64,000 nucleotides of DNA from an uncultured Acidobacteriota bacterium (lineage in GTDB: Bacteria > Acidobacteriota > Terriglobia > Terriglobales > Acidobacteriaceae), in assembly GCA_963825205.1 (NCBI GenBank), contig CAWGSE010000016.1, forward strand, positions 27,421-91,420, given 5' to 3'. Numbering within the stretch: the stretch's first letter is position 1; each line of letters begins with the position of its first letter. Below the pieces are notes generated by a model that saw nothing but the letters and a program-made list of their open reading frames with translations, was not told where the DNA came from and did not search any database. Made by a program: the position numbers and the translations under genes. Below, one piece after another: positions 28,311 through 39,117 of this stretch.

Positions 28311-31074
28311 ATGATCGGGCTCACCATCTCCCATTACCGCATCACGGACAAACTCGGCGGCGGCGGAATGGGCGTGGTGTACCAGGCAGAGGACCAGCGT
28401 CTGGGCCGCCGCGTGGCGCTGAAGTTTCTTCCCGAGGAACTGGCCCAGGATCCCCAGGCACGCGAACGTTTCCAGCGGGAAGCGCGCGCGGCCTCGGCGC
28501 TCAACCATCCCAACATCTGCACCATTTACGACATCGGCGAATACCAGGACCGGCTGTTTATCGTCATGGAGTGCCTGGAAGGGACGACCCTGAGGCATCG
28601 GGTCGAGGGCAGGCCCATCCCGCTGGAGCAGTTGCTCGACATCGGAGTGCAGGTTGCCGATGCCCTCGAAGTGGCCCACGCCGCGGGGATTGTGCATCGC
28701 GACCTGAAACCGGCGAACCTGTTTCTCACCAAGCGCGGGCAAGCCAAGATTCTGGACTTCGGGCTGGCGAAACTCGCGTCTGGGCCAACCCCCGTACCCG
28801 AGACCGCGGCCGGCTCCATGCCCACCATGGCGGTGGATCAGGATCATCTCACCAGTCCCGGCAGCACGGTGGGCACGGTGGCTTACATGTCGCCGGAGCA
28901 GGCTCGCGGCGAAGAACTGGATGCGCGCACCGACCTTTTCTCCTTCGGCGCCGTTCTGTACGAGATGGCGACCGGAAAGCAGCCATTCACCGGAAACACC
29001 TCCGCGATTATTTTCGATGCCATCCTGAACAAGCCGCCGACCGCGCCGGTGCGAATCAACCCCGACCTTCCGGCCGCGCTCGAAGCGCTCATCAACAAGT
29101 GCCTGGAGAAAGATCGCGGCCTGCGCTACCAGACGGCTTCGGACCTGCGCGCTGACCTGCAACGTTTCAAGCGGGATACACAGTCGGCCAAGATCGCCGC
29201 GGTTTCCGGAACTACACCGGTGGCTGTCGCACCACCGGGTTCGCGGAACTGGACGAAGTGGGCGGCCGCTGCGGCGGCTGCCGTCGTCGTGGCGGTGCTG
29301 GCGGCCGGCTACCTGGCGGGATGGTTTGCCCGCTCGCAGCCCTACTCGCAGGCCGAGCTTAAGCCACAGCAGTTGACTGCCAACTCCTCGGAGGACCCGG
29401 TTGCGGTCACGTCAATCTCGCCCGACGGCAAGTATCTGCTCTACGCCGACCTGGAAGGATTGCACCTGCGGCTCATGGCGACCGGCGAGACCCAGTCGCT
29501 GCCCATCCCGGATGAGTTCTGCTTTCGTTGAGCTCGCATGGAATGGTCCCAGGATGGGACCAAGCTGCTGGTGAGCGGTCCGGTCGCGCAGGAGAAGCAA
29601 AGCATTTGGGTGATTTCCGTTATCGGTGCCACCCTGAAAGAAATTGCGCGACGATGCCCAGGGCGCGTCCCTTTCTCCGGATGGCTCGCAGATCGTCTTT
29701 CGCGATTCGATCACTCACGAAGTTTGGATCATGAACGCCGACGGCGGCCAGGCTAGACTCCTGCTCAAGCCGGATGCCGGATACCGTTTATTCGCACCCA
29801 CCTGGTTCCAGAACGGCCAACGCATTGTGTATTTGAAGTATCGCGCCGCAAACGGCGCCACCACGCTGGTAATCGAAAGCCGCGATCTCAAGGGTGGCGA
29901 CCCAGTGGCGCTTCTTTCCAATCCGCAACTGACGGATTTCTGCTGGGGAGGGCCCGGCCGGCTCGTCTACTCCGTGCGCGAGGCGCCGCCCAACCACTAC
30001 GATTCCAACCTCTGGGAAATTCGCTTTGATGAGAAGAGCGGCAAGCCGAGTGGATCGCCGCGACGTCTTACCGACTGGACTGGTTTCACCTTCGGCGATC
30101 CGGAATTGACCGCCGACGGAAAGCGCTTTGTCTTCCTCAACGGGCGGCAGCAGAGCGATGTCTATATCGGCGAGCTGAGTGGCGGGGCCAGCGAGTTCAA
30201 AGCTCCTCAGCGTCTCACCCTCGACGATCGGGTCGATTGGCCCGGCGGCTGGTCCAAGGACAGCAAGACCGTGTTCCTGTATTCCGACCGCAACGGGCAC
30301 TTCGACATCTACAAGCAGGGCGTCGGCGAGCGCAATGCCACCCCGGTCGTCACCGGGCCGGAAGAAAAGTGGGCGCCTCAGCTCAGCCCTGACGGCAAAT
30401 GGGTGCTCTACCTGCAATCACCCCGGACCATTGAAGGGGGCCCGGCAGTTTCGCCCAAGCTGATGCGCGCGCCGCTGGCGGGTGGCCCACCCGAACCCGT
30501 GATGGAGGTCAAGGGGAATCCGGCGATTCTATCCGGCAGCGACCCGACCTTCAGCGTAGGTGGTTTTCCGAGTTTTCATTGTTCCACGCAGGGAAGCACG
30601 ATTTGTGTGCTCGCCGAGTCCGATGAAAGCGAGGTCACATTCTCGGCGTTTGACCCTGTCCAGGGGCGTAAGGCAGAACTCGTGAAGGTTTCCAGTGACC
30701 CGGACCTGACGAGCTGGGATCTTTCTCCCGATGGAAGCAGGGTTGTCCTCGCCGTGTTCGACTACAAGGCCGCCGATATCAAGGTTATTTCGCTGGCCGA
30801 CAAGGCCACCACCAAATTGTCCGCCATGCCCTGGACCGAACTGACCACGGTTGCGTGGGCGGCGGATGGCAAGACCCAATTCCTGGGGAGCTATTCATCG
30901 CGGGGAACAACCATTGTCAGTATGGATCCAGCGGGTAAGACAAAACCGCTGTTCAAGCAGCCGAGCTGGGATATCTATTCGCTGGTGCCATCGCCCGATG
31001 GCCACTCCCTGGCTTTTGGTCCAGTCGTCTCGAATGCGAACGCCTGGACCATTGCTTCGTTTCCAAAAAAGTAG
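28311..31074 (+). pseudogene. Ser/Thr protein kinase with TM segment and TolB-like beta-propeller domain; in-frame TGA at 29529-29531 and a frameshift near 29636-29644
   Basis: Kinase motifs [17 protein letters not shown] 29538..29756 is in the same frame as 28311..29531. ORF 29644..31074 continues the WSPDG-type repeats (SLSPDGSQIVF, LSPDGKWVLY, LSPDGSRVVL). Confidence 0.8.
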
Positions 31075-31088
31075 CTGGACTGCCTAAG

Positions 31089-33293
31089 CTACTGCGCCGG
31101 CGGCGGCGGTCCTCCCGCGGGCTTTTCGAACAGCTTGGGGTCAACTTTGGGGTTCATTTGGACCTCGTTGAAGGTCACGACACTGGACTCCTTGCCGTCC
31201 TGCTTGTTGACGTGCCGGGTAGGGAACTTGACTCCATCGAAGGTCTTCCAATCGGAAAGATCGGTCTCACCGTGGAAAGGGCCCGAGGCGCCGGTCGCGG
31301 TGTAGGACTCGCGCAACAGCAGCCCGCTTTTCGCATCCACGTACCAGCGGATCGCCGTGCCATCCGCATTCACATCCAGAATTTTGGCGTCCACGTCGCC
31401 CACCTTCTCGGCGCCATTGGCGGTGAAGGTAAATTTTGGATCGTCCAGATGCGCCGCCACAAAAGTTGGGTCGCGCTTGATTTGTTGCAGACTTTCCTTC
31501 GCTCCCGAGGGAGGAATCGGGCGAACCTGTCCCTGCGCGGCCATGAATGCCCCGGCCGGGCTGAACACCACTGTCATCGGACCCATGGGGGAATCCATTG
31601 CCAGGCGCATGCGATCGGGATAGACGATCGTGATGTCGACCTGCGACGCGGGCTCGTCCTTCGATTGCTGCGTGAGCTTGGCTTGCATGGCGTGGATCGT
31701 CTTCAGTTTGGCGGGGCCGCCCATGCTCTCGACTACCTTCGCGGCTAGCGCTTTTCCTTCGGCATTCGAAGCAGCCGGAGCCGAGCCGGGGGCGGCGCCG
31801 GCCGGTGCAGATTCTCCCTGGGTTTCGCCGGGGGGCGGCGGAATGCTGATGTCGACGTTGTTGACGGCGCCGAGCGCGGAAAGCGGCTTGTCGAAATCCT
31901 TGGGATTGCCCACCACCAGCACCGCCAGCTGATCCCGGTGCAGATACTTCCCGGCGACGCGGTTGACGTCGGCCACGCTCGCCTTCTCGATGCCGGCGCG
32001 ATATTGTTCCAGGAAGTTCAGCGGGTAGCCGTAGAACTCATACGCCATCCGCTCGTGCAGCACTTTATCGGGCGTGTCGAAGTTGAAGATGAAGGAATTG
32101 AGAATGGAATCCTTGGCGCGTTTGATCTCGGCGTCGGTGATGGGATTCTTCTGCAGGTCGTCCACGTCCTGGTAAAGGGCCTGGATGGATTCGACGGTGC
32201 TTTCACTCTTGGTGCCGAGCACGAAGCGTGTCACGCCCGGATGGTCGAAGGCCGTGCCCACGCCGCCCCCGACCGAGTAGGCCAGTCCTCGCTTGGTCCG
32301 GATGTCCTGCACCAGGCGGGAGGAGAAGCCTCCGCCCATCACTTCATTGAATACTTCGATCGCAAAGTAGTCCGGATTCCGGCGATCGGTGCCGGGCGCG
32401 ACCATGCGCACATTGGATTGGTTGACGTCCTCTTTGCTGACCAAATAATAGCCGGGCTTGGCGGGATGAGCTTCGATCTTCGGCCGGGGCGCGGCCGGGC
32501 CTTTGGGCAGCGCGGCGAAGGCGGCTTTGAGCTTTGCCTCCATGGCGGCCGCATCGAAGTCGCCCGACACGCCCACGATCATGTTGTTGGCATGAACGTA
32601 GCTCTTGTGCCACTGAATCAGGTCATCGCGCTTCACCGCGAGCAGCGTGGCGTACTCCATCTGGCGGGCGTAGGGGCTGTTGGCGCCGTAGGCCAATTTG
32701 ATGGATTCGCGGGCGGCGATGGAGGCCGGGTTGTCGTTGCGCCGGGCGATCGCTTCTTCGTACTGGTTCTGCGCGAGCTCCAGCTTGTCGGCCCGGAATT
32801 CAGGCTCGCGAAGCAGCTCGACGACCAGCTTGAATACGTCGTCGAAGTCGCCTTTCAGACAAGACCATCCAAGGGAAGTGGAGTCGGCGCTGCCGCTGGT
32901 TTCGACTTTCGCGGCGCGGCTTTCGAGGTAGTCATCCATCTGGTCGCCCGTCTGCGACTTGGTCCCGCCAGTGCGCCAGACCTCGCCGTAGAGTTCGACC
33001 AGGCCAACCTTGGCCGCGGGTTCCTCGCGCGAGCCGCCGCGGATCCGGATCGACCCGTCAATCAGAGGAAGCTCATGGTCCTCCTGCAGGAAGATCACCA
33101 TGCCGTTGGGCAATTCGATGCGCTTGGGCTCGGCGGGATGAAATGGAGGGAGAGCGGGGATGGAAATTTTCTGCCAGTCGGTGGCCTGGGCATGGGAAGC
33201 GGGCACACTACCAAAGATCACCATCAGCAGCAGGGCCAGCGTCGCAAGCCATGTCCCACCCGTGCAATGGATCTTTACGATGCGGTTCATCAC
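31089..33293 (-). CDS. M16 family (pitrilysin-like) peptidase, non-catalytic-type subunit with extra C-terminal domain
   Basis: ORF track. M16 fold sequence without HxxEH. Signal peptide present. Overlaps the upstream partner gene. Confidence 0.8.
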   Translation of the reverse strand: MMNRIVKIHCTGGTWLATLALLLMVIFGSVPASHAQATDWQKISIPALPPFHPAEPKRIELPNGMVIFLQEDHELPLIDGSIRIRGGSREEPAAKVGLVELYGEVWRTGGTKSQTGDQMDDYLESRAAKVETSGSADSTSLGWSCLKGDFDDVFKLVVELLREPEFRADKLELAQNQYEEAIARRNDNPASIAARESIKLAYGANSPYARQMEYATLLAVKRDDLIQWHKSYVHANNMIVGVSGDFDAAAMEAKLKAAFAALPKGPAAPRPKIEAHPAKPGYYLVSKEDVNQSNVRMVAPGTDRRNPDYFAIEVFNEVMGGGFSSRLVQDIRTKRGLAYSVGGGVGTAFDHPGVTRFVLGTKSESTVESIQALYQDVDDLQKNPITDAEIKRAKDSILNSFIFNFDTPDKVLHERMAYEFYGYPLNFLEQYRAGIEKASVADVNRVAGKYLHRDQLAVLVVGNPKDFDKPLSALGAVNNVDISIPPPPGETQGESAPAGAAPGSAPAASNAEGKALAAKVVESMGGPAKLKTIHAMQAKLTQQSKDEPASQVDITIVYPDRMRLAMDSPMGPMTVVFSPAGAFMAAQGQVRPIPPSGAKESLQQIKRDPTFVAAHLDDPKFTFTANGAEKVGDVDAKILDVNADGTAIRWYVDAKSGLLLRESYTATGASGPFHGETDLSDWKTFDGVKFPTRHVNKQDGKESSVVTFNEVQMNPKVDPKLFEKPAGGPPPPAQ

Positions 33294-34810
33294 TGTGCAC
33301 CTCCTTGTGAGGCGCCGGCAGTCTTAATGGTTTCGTTGATGCCCACCGTACGGTTGTTCTCCGTGAAGGTCTGGTTGGCGACCCGGCGGATGTCGGCCTT
33401 GGTGACCTTGTCGATGCGGTCGACGGATTGGAATAACTCGCGCCAGTCTCCGTAGCGCGACTGGTAGATGGCAAGCTGCTGCGCCAGCCCGGAGTTGTCG
33501 GCCAGGCCACGGATCAGGTCCGCCTTGGCGCGCGTCTTGATCATCTTCAGTTCATCGTCGGTGATGTCTTCCTTCCGGATGCGGTCAATCTCGGCATGAA
33601 TCGCGTCCCCCAGTTCCTGCGGTGTGTGGCCGGGAACCGGGACTGCATAAAAGGAGAACAGGTGCGGGTACTTGTTGCCGGGCAGGCCGGAAAATCCCGC
33701 GGCGAAGGCGGCGATTTTCTTGTCTCGAACCAGCGCGCGGTAGAGCCGCGAGGTGCGCCCGTTCGACATCAGGTCCGAGATGGCGTCATACACGGCGTCG
33801 TCGGGACTGTGGTAGTCCGGGCGATGGTAGCCCTCGATGTAAAACGGCTGCGCTGCCCCGCGCAGGATCACGCGGCGCTCGGAATTCTGCGGTGGCTCGG
33901 TGGTGGTGCGCTCGTCCGGGACGGGCTTGGTGGGGAGACGGCCGAAATACTTTTCGATGATGGGCAGGGTCGCGGCGGCCTTCACGTCCCCCACCACGGC
34001 GATCACCATGTTTGAGGGAATGTAGTACTGGTCGAAAAAGTTTTGCGCGTCGCTGGCTGAAAATGAGTTCAGATCCGACATCCACCCCACCGTGGGACGC
34101 TGATAGGGATGCGCCTGGAACGAGGCGGTGATGAATTGTTCGACCAGGCGGCCGACCGGGTTGCTGTCGGTGCGCATGCGGCGCTCTTCGATGACCACGT
34201 CGCGCTCTTTGTAGAACTCGCGCATCACCGGGTGCAGGAAGCGCTCCGACTCGAGATACGCCCACAGCTCCAGCCGGTTGGTGGGGAAGGAATAGAAGTA
34301 ATTCGTCTCGTCGTCGCTGGTGTTGGCGTTCATGCCCTCGCCGCCCTCGCGCTCGACAATCTCGCCGAATTCGTTGGGCTTGACGTATTTCTGGGCTTCG
34401 GCGACCGCGTCTTTCCACGCCTTCTCAAGTTCCTTGAGCTTGTTCTCGTCGCGCCCGATGCGCTGGTCGCGCTCGCTGATGTATTTCGCGTAAGCCACTT
34501 CCACCTTGGCCAGCGCCGCTTTTTCGGCGGGATAATCGCTGGTGCCGATCTTATCGGTGCCCTTGAAGGCCATGTGCTCGAACATGTGGGCCAGGCCGGT
34601 TTTGCCCATGGGATCCTGCACTGAGCCCGCGTCCACGTGGGTGAAGAATGAGAACACCGGAGCCTCGGGACGCTCCAGAATCACGACCGTCAGGCCATTG
34701 GGGAGCGTCTTCACGGTGGTGCGCTTCTCAAACGAGCCAACATCCTGGGCCGCACCGGCGGCCGTAAGAAGGAAAAGAATTACAAGCGTGCAAACGGCTA
34801 AGCGTTTCAT
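33290..34810 (-). CDS. M16 family zinc peptidase (HxxEH)
   Basis: HMFEHMAFKG motif. Start placed at ATG 34810 (MKRLAVCTLVILFLL), with GGAGG upstream. Confidence 0.88.
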   Translation of the reverse strand: MKRLAVCTLVILFLLTAAGAAQDVGSFEKRTTVKTLPNGLTVVILERPEAPVFSFFTHVDAGSVQDPMGKTGLAHMFEHMAFKGTDKIGTSDYPAEKAALAKVEVAYAKYISERDQRIGRDENKLKELEKAWKDAVAEAQKYVKPNEFGEIVEREGGEGMNANTSDDETNYFYSFPTNRLELWAYLESERFLHPVMREFYKERDVVIEERRMRTDSNPVGRLVEQFITASFQAHPYQRPTVGWMSDLNSFSASDAQNFFDQYYIPSNMVIAVVGDVKAAATLPIIEKYFGRLPTKPVPDERTTTEPPQNSERRVILRGAAQPFYIEGYHRPDYHSPDDAVYDAISDLMSNGRTSRLYRALVRDKKIAAFAAGFSGLPGNKYPHLFSFYAVPVPGHTPQELGDAIHAEIDRIRKEDITDDELKMIKTRAKADLIRGLADNSGLAQQLAIYQSRYGDWRELFQSVDRIDKVTKADIRRVANQTFTENNRTVGINETIKTAGASQGGAQ

Positions 34811-34895
34811 CGAACCTCCACTGCAAGTGGGCATGGCTTGACGGATCGCATCCCTGGGTTGGACGGGCCAGAAACCGGGAAGAAATCCACACTAC

Positions 34896-36308
34896 GTGGG
34901 CGAAACCGGGATGTCAAACGCCGGCCCTTGCTCCGTGGCGGTGGGTCGTTCGCGGAACAATTTGATTCCCGCGGGCAGGCCGGCAGGCATCCTAGTGAAG
35001 TCCATCGCTATACTTAGCGGCGGCAGGGGAGTGACAGACGTGCCTAAGGGAGGCAGCTTGGCGATTTCGCCCGTCGTGGACGTGGAAGGCAAAAGACTGA
35101 ACCTGTCCAATCTGGACAAAGTGCTGTACCCCGCGGCCGGATTCACCAAGGGACAGGTCATCGACTACTACGCCCGCATCGCGCCCGCAATCCTGCCCCA
35201 CTTGCAGGGGCACCCGGTCACCATGAAGAGATATCCGAATGGCGTAGACAGCGAATTCTTCTACGAGAAAAACGCCCCCAAGCATCGCCCGGACTGGATG
35301 AAAACCGCACCCATCTGGAGCCACCACAATCGCCGCCACATCAACTATCTGCTGGTCAATGACCTGCCTACCTTGATCTGGCTGGCGAATCTGGCCTCCC
35401 TGGAGATTCATCCCTCGCTGGCCCTGGCCACCGACATTGATTGCCCCACCATGATGGTGTTTGACCTGGACCCCGGGCCGCCGGCAAACATCGTGCAATG
35501 CTCGCAGGTCGGAATCTGGCTGCGCGACATCTTCGATCATTGGGGACTGCAGTGTTTTCCGAAGACCTCGGGATCGAAAGGCCTGCAGGTTTATGTCCCC
35601 CTGCACACCCCGACTTCCTACGATGTGACCAAGCCGTTCGCGCACGCGCTGGCCCGGTTGCTGGAGCACGAGCATCCCGACCTGGTCGTTTCCGACATGA
35701 AGAAGGCGGTGCGCACCGGCAAGGTCTTCGTCGACTGGAGCCAGAACGACGAGCACAAGACCACGGTCTCGGTGTACTCCTTGCGCGCCCGCGAGCATCC
35801 CACCGCCTCCACGCCGGTGACGTGGGACGAGGTGGAACGGGCGCTCAAGAAGAAAGATGCCAGCCTGCTGGTGTTTGAGGCGCCGCAGGTAATCGAGCGT
35901 TTCGAAAAGATGGGCGACCTGCATGCCCCGGTTCTCGAGTTGAAGCAGAGGCTGCCTGATTTGCGCGGCGTTACTGCGGCCGCCGCGGCAGAGCCCGCAA
36001 CCGTCGATCTGGCGGCGCAAGTGGAGGATTCGCCGAAGGTGCGCACGAAACGCGTCGCCGCGAAGTCGCAGCCCGAGCGGCGGCCGGTCAAAGCGGGCCC
36101 TTCCGCCCGCAAGGCGACGGCGAAGAAGCGCAGTGAAGCCTGCGACGAAGAAAAGGCGGGCGGTATAATCCGCGGGCTATGGCGCAACTGTTCGCAGGCA
36201 CCTCGGGATGGGCGTATCCCAGTTGGAAGCCGGACTTCTACCCGCAGAAGCTGGCGCAGAAAAAATTCCTCAACCACTATGCCACCCAGCTCAATGCGGT
36301 CGAGGTGA
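34896..36308 (+). CDS. DNA ligase D polymerase/primase (LigD Pol) domain protein
   Basis: LSNLDKVLYPAAGFTKGQVIDYY, FDLDP, KTSGSKGLQVYVPL and VDWSQN blocks are typical of the NHEJ primase-polymerase. Start uncertain. The basic C-terminal tail overlaps the next gene. Confidence 0.82.
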   Translation: MGETGMSNAGPCSVAVGRSRNNLIPAGRPAGILVKSIAILSGGRGVTDVPKGGSLAISPVVDVEGKRLNLSNLDKVLYPAAGFTKGQVIDYYARIAPAILPHLQGHPVTMKRYPNGVDSEFFYEKNAPKHRPDWMKTAPIWSHHNRRHINYLLVNDLPTLIWLANLASLEIHPSLALATDIDCPTMMVFDLDPGPPANIVQCSQVGIWLRDIFDHWGLQCFPKTSGSKGLQVYVPLHTPTSYDVTKPFAHALARLLEHEHPDLVVSDMKKAVRTGKVFVDWSQNDEHKTTVSVYSLRAREHPTASTPVTWDEVERALKKKDASLLVFEAPQVIERFEKMGDLHAPVLELKQRLPDLRGVTAAAAAEPATVDLAAQVEDSPKVRTKRVAAKSQPERRPVKAGPSARKATAKKRSEACDEEKAGGIIRGLWRNCSQAPRDGRIPVGSRTSTRRSWRRKNSSTTMPPSSMRSR

Positions 36309-36892
36309 ACTTTACCTTCCGCCAATTGGTGAAGGAGTCGACCCTCCAGAACTGGCTGTCCGAGACGCCTCCGGCTTTTCGCTTCACCATCAAGGCCCAC
36401 CAGGTCATTACGCACATCAAGCGGCTGAAGGCGACAGAGGACTTCGTCCCACGCTTCCTGGCTACCATTGAGCCCTTGGCCAGCGCCGGCAAGCTTGGCT
36501 CAGTTTTGTTTCAGTTGCCGCCTAACCTTAAAGTAGATCACGAACTTCTCCGAGCCTTCTTGAATAGCCTGCCGAAACGACTGCCTTCGGCTTTCGAGTT
36601 CCGGAATACCTCGTGGTTCGGCGAAGAAACATACGACGCCCTGAAAGAACACAATGCCGCCTTGTGTGTCGCGGAAACGGAAGAAATGACCACGCCCGAG
36701 ATCGTGACCGCCGGCTTCATCTATTACCGCTTCCGCAAGCCGAACTATCCGCCGGACGAGAGGAAAGCCATGGTGGAGCGCATCGAGCAACACCTGGCCG
36801 CGGGCCGAGACGTCTTTGCCTACTTCAAGCACGAAGAAACCCCGGAAGGCGCGATGTACGCTCGCGAGTTGCTGGCAAGCTTTCAGAAGTAG
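36179..36892 (+). CDS. DUF72 family protein
   Basis: MAQLFAGTSGWAYPSWKPDFYP... is a characteristic DUF72 N-terminus. Confidence 0.8.
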   Translation: MAQLFAGTSGWAYPSWKPDFYPQKLAQKKFLNHYATQLNAVEVNFTFRQLVKESTLQNWLSETPPAFRFTIKAHQVITHIKRLKATEDFVPRFLATIEPLASAGKLGSVLFQLPPNLKVDHELLRAFLNSLPKRLPSAFEFRNTSWFGEETYDALKEHNAALCVAETEEMTTPEIVTAGFIYYRFRKPNYPPDERKAMVERIEQHLAAGRDVFAYFKHEETPEGAMYARELLASFQK

Positions 36893-37085
36893 TGTGGCGC
36901 GCACTCGTGACCGCGCGCCGGTATGCGCCTCCAGCGGAGCTTCACTTCATTCCCGCAAGTCATCGACTTGGAAGGCCTTCGGGGAGGGAATGTCCGTGCC
37001 GCAGGGGACCCTGACGCGACACTTTGCAGTGTCCGATAATGCGTATTACTCTTCAGGTTGACGGACAGGCGGGTCCGCCCCACAC

Positions 37086-38009
37086 ATGACTTCGGAAGCC
37101 AATGCGCGCGTGCTGTCTGTATTTCTCGACTACCTGAAGGTTGAGAAGGGCCTGGCGCCGCTGACGGTTTCGGCGTACACCACCGACATTTGCCAGTTCG
37201 CCGACTTCCTCGAAACCCGCAAACGCGCCTTTACGACCGCTCGACGCAACGATGTCCGCGACTTCATTCAGCAACTCTTTTCGAATTCCGTCGACGGGCG
37301 TTCGGTAGGGCGGAAACTCTCGGCCTTGCGCCACTTGTACCGGCACCTGCTGGTCGATTCGAAAATTGACCATGACCCCACCCTGAACATCGATTCGCCC
37401 CGGCAATGGAAAGTGCTGCCCAAGGCGCTGGCCCGGGACGAAATGGAGCAGACGCTGGCCGGCCCGCGGCCGGTTTCCGATTCGAAATTGGCGATCGCGC
37501 TCGCCGCCCGCGATCATGCCATGCTGGAAGTCTTCTACGCGGCAGCATTGCGGGTATCGGAAATTGTTAATGCAAAACTTGAAGATTTGAAGCTGGAGGC
37601 CGGTTACATGCTGGTGCGCGGCAAAGGTGACAAAGAGCGCATCGTGCCGCTGGGCCGATCGGCGCAAGCGGCCCTGGCGGAATACCTGGGCGCACCCCGC
37701 GCCACCCTTGCCGCCCGCAAAACTTCGCCCTTTCTTTTTCTGGCGCGCGGCGCGCATAAGCTCACCCGCCAGCGCGTCTGGCAGATGGTGAAGGCGGCCT
37801 CGCGCGTTTCCGGCCGGTCGGCTTCGCCGCACATGCTGCGGCATTCCTGCGCCACCCACATGGTCGAGAACGGCGCCGACCTGCGCACCGTCCAGACCAT
37901 CCTGGGGCACGCCGATATTTCCACCACCCAGGTCTATACGCACCTGGCGCTTGACCGCCTCAAAACGGTGTTTCAGAAACACCATCCCCGGGCGAAGGCG
38001 AAGGCTTGA
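37086..38009 (+). CDS. xerD: Site-specific tyrosine recombinase XerD
   Basis: HMLRHSCATHMVENGADLRTVQTILGHADISTTQVYTHL catalytic region, and an N-terminal SAM-like domain with LSALRHLYRHL. Confidence 0.85.
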   Translation: MTSEANARVLSVFLDYLKVEKGLAPLTVSAYTTDICQFADFLETRKRAFTTARRNDVRDFIQQLFSNSVDGRSVGRKLSALRHLYRHLLVDSKIDHDPTLNIDSPRQWKVLPKALARDEMEQTLAGPRPVSDSKLAIALAARDHAMLEVFYAAALRVSEIVNAKLEDLKLEAGYMLVRGKGDKERIVPLGRSAQAALAEYLGAPRATLAARKTSPFLFLARGAHKLTRQRVWQMVKAASRVSGRSASPHMLRHSCATHMVENGADLRTVQTILGHADISTTQVYTHLALDRLKTVFQKHHPRAKAKA

Positions 38010-38138
38010 TTCACCACCGAGACACAGAGGCAGCAAATGCGAAAGGCATGGTAAATGGCCGTCGCGGCGTATCCGCGTTCAAGTCAAGAATGAAAGAAGA
38101 ATTCGCTTTCCTCTGTGTCTCTGTGCCTCTGTGGTAAA
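38010..38138. repeat. Composite hairpin repeat (CACAGAG-type arms) between xerD and xerC
   Basis: The left arm TTCACCACCGAGACACAGAGGCAGC (38010-38034) pairs with the right arm CCTCTGTGTCTCTGTGCCTCTGTGGTAAA (38110-38138). The loop is about 75 nt. Confidence 0.8.
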
Positions 38139-38140
38139 GG

Positions 38141-39073
38141 ATGTTCGGCGATTGTATGAGCGAAAGATCCAATCAAAAGCGCACCACCGTCGAGAAAGCC
38201 ACCGACCAGTTTTTGGGAGTGCTGCGGCAGAGGAATGCCTCGACCCATACCATCAAGGCGTATGCGGGCGACCTGGAGAATTTTGCCAACTACATTGGCG
38301 CGCGCGGGTGGAGGAGCATTGACCACGTTGCGATCCGCGGATTTCTGTCGCACCTCTACGAAAAGGGACTCAGCAAGGCATCGGTAGCGCGGTCGCTGGC
38401 GGCCGTGCGGTCGCTGTACCGGTGGCTGGCGCAGGAAGGCGTGGTGGAACACAACCCGGCAAAACTGGTGGCCACGCCGAAGTTGCCCAAGAAACTGCCG
38501 CGGGTGCCGACCATCGAAGAGATGAATTCCGTTCTCGATGGAGCCATGCCCGAAGTGGCGGCCTTTCCCGAGCGCGACCGGCTCCTGCTCGAATTACTTT
38601 ACGGCTGCGGAATCCGAAACTCGGAGTTGATCGGCATCAACGTCGACGACATTCGAGTCAGCAACGAGGCCATCCTGATTCGCGGCAAAGGAAAGAAAGA
38701 GCGCTACGTCCCGTTTGGGGGATCGGCGGCCTCGGCCCTGCGGGCCTACTTGCCGGAGCGCCAGAAGGTTTTGGCGGACAAGAATAAAACAACCTCGGCG
38801 CTGCTGATTAACCAGCGCGGCGGGCGGCTGACCGTGCGCAGCGTCGGCCGCATTGTGAAGAAGATCGCTGTCGCCAAGGGGCTGTCACCGGATGTCCATC
38901 CGCACACTCTCCGCCATGCTTTCGGAACGCACATGCTGGAAGAGGGTGCCGACCTGCGCGCCATCCAGGAGATGCTGGGCCACGAGCGGCTCTCGACCAC
39001 CCAACGCTACACCCAGCTTTCCATGAAGCACGTGCTGGCGGTGTACGACCAGACGCATCCCCGGGCAAAATGA
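38141..39073 (+). CDS. xerC: Site-specific tyrosine recombinase XerC
   Basis: [39 protein letters not shown]. The XerC versus XerD assignment rests on sequence resemblance only. Confidence 0.8.
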   Translation: MFGDCMSERSNQKRTTVEKATDQFLGVLRQRNASTHTIKAYAGDLENFANYIGARGWRSIDHVAIRGFLSHLYEKGLSKASVARSLAAVRSLYRWLAQEGVVEHNPAKLVATPKLPKKLPRVPTIEEMNSVLDGAMPEVAAFPERDRLLLELLYGCGIRNSELIGINVDDIRVSNEAILIRGKGKKERYVPFGGSAASALRAYLPERQKVLADKNKTTSALLINQRGGRLTVRSVGRIVKKIAVAKGLSPDVHPHTLRHAFGTHMLEEGADLRAIQEMLGHERLSTTQRYTQLSMKHVLAVYDQTHPRAK

Positions 39074-39117
39074 GGGGCTGAGTAAAAACAGGGCCTCTCT
39101 CGCCTGGAATCTTCCAC

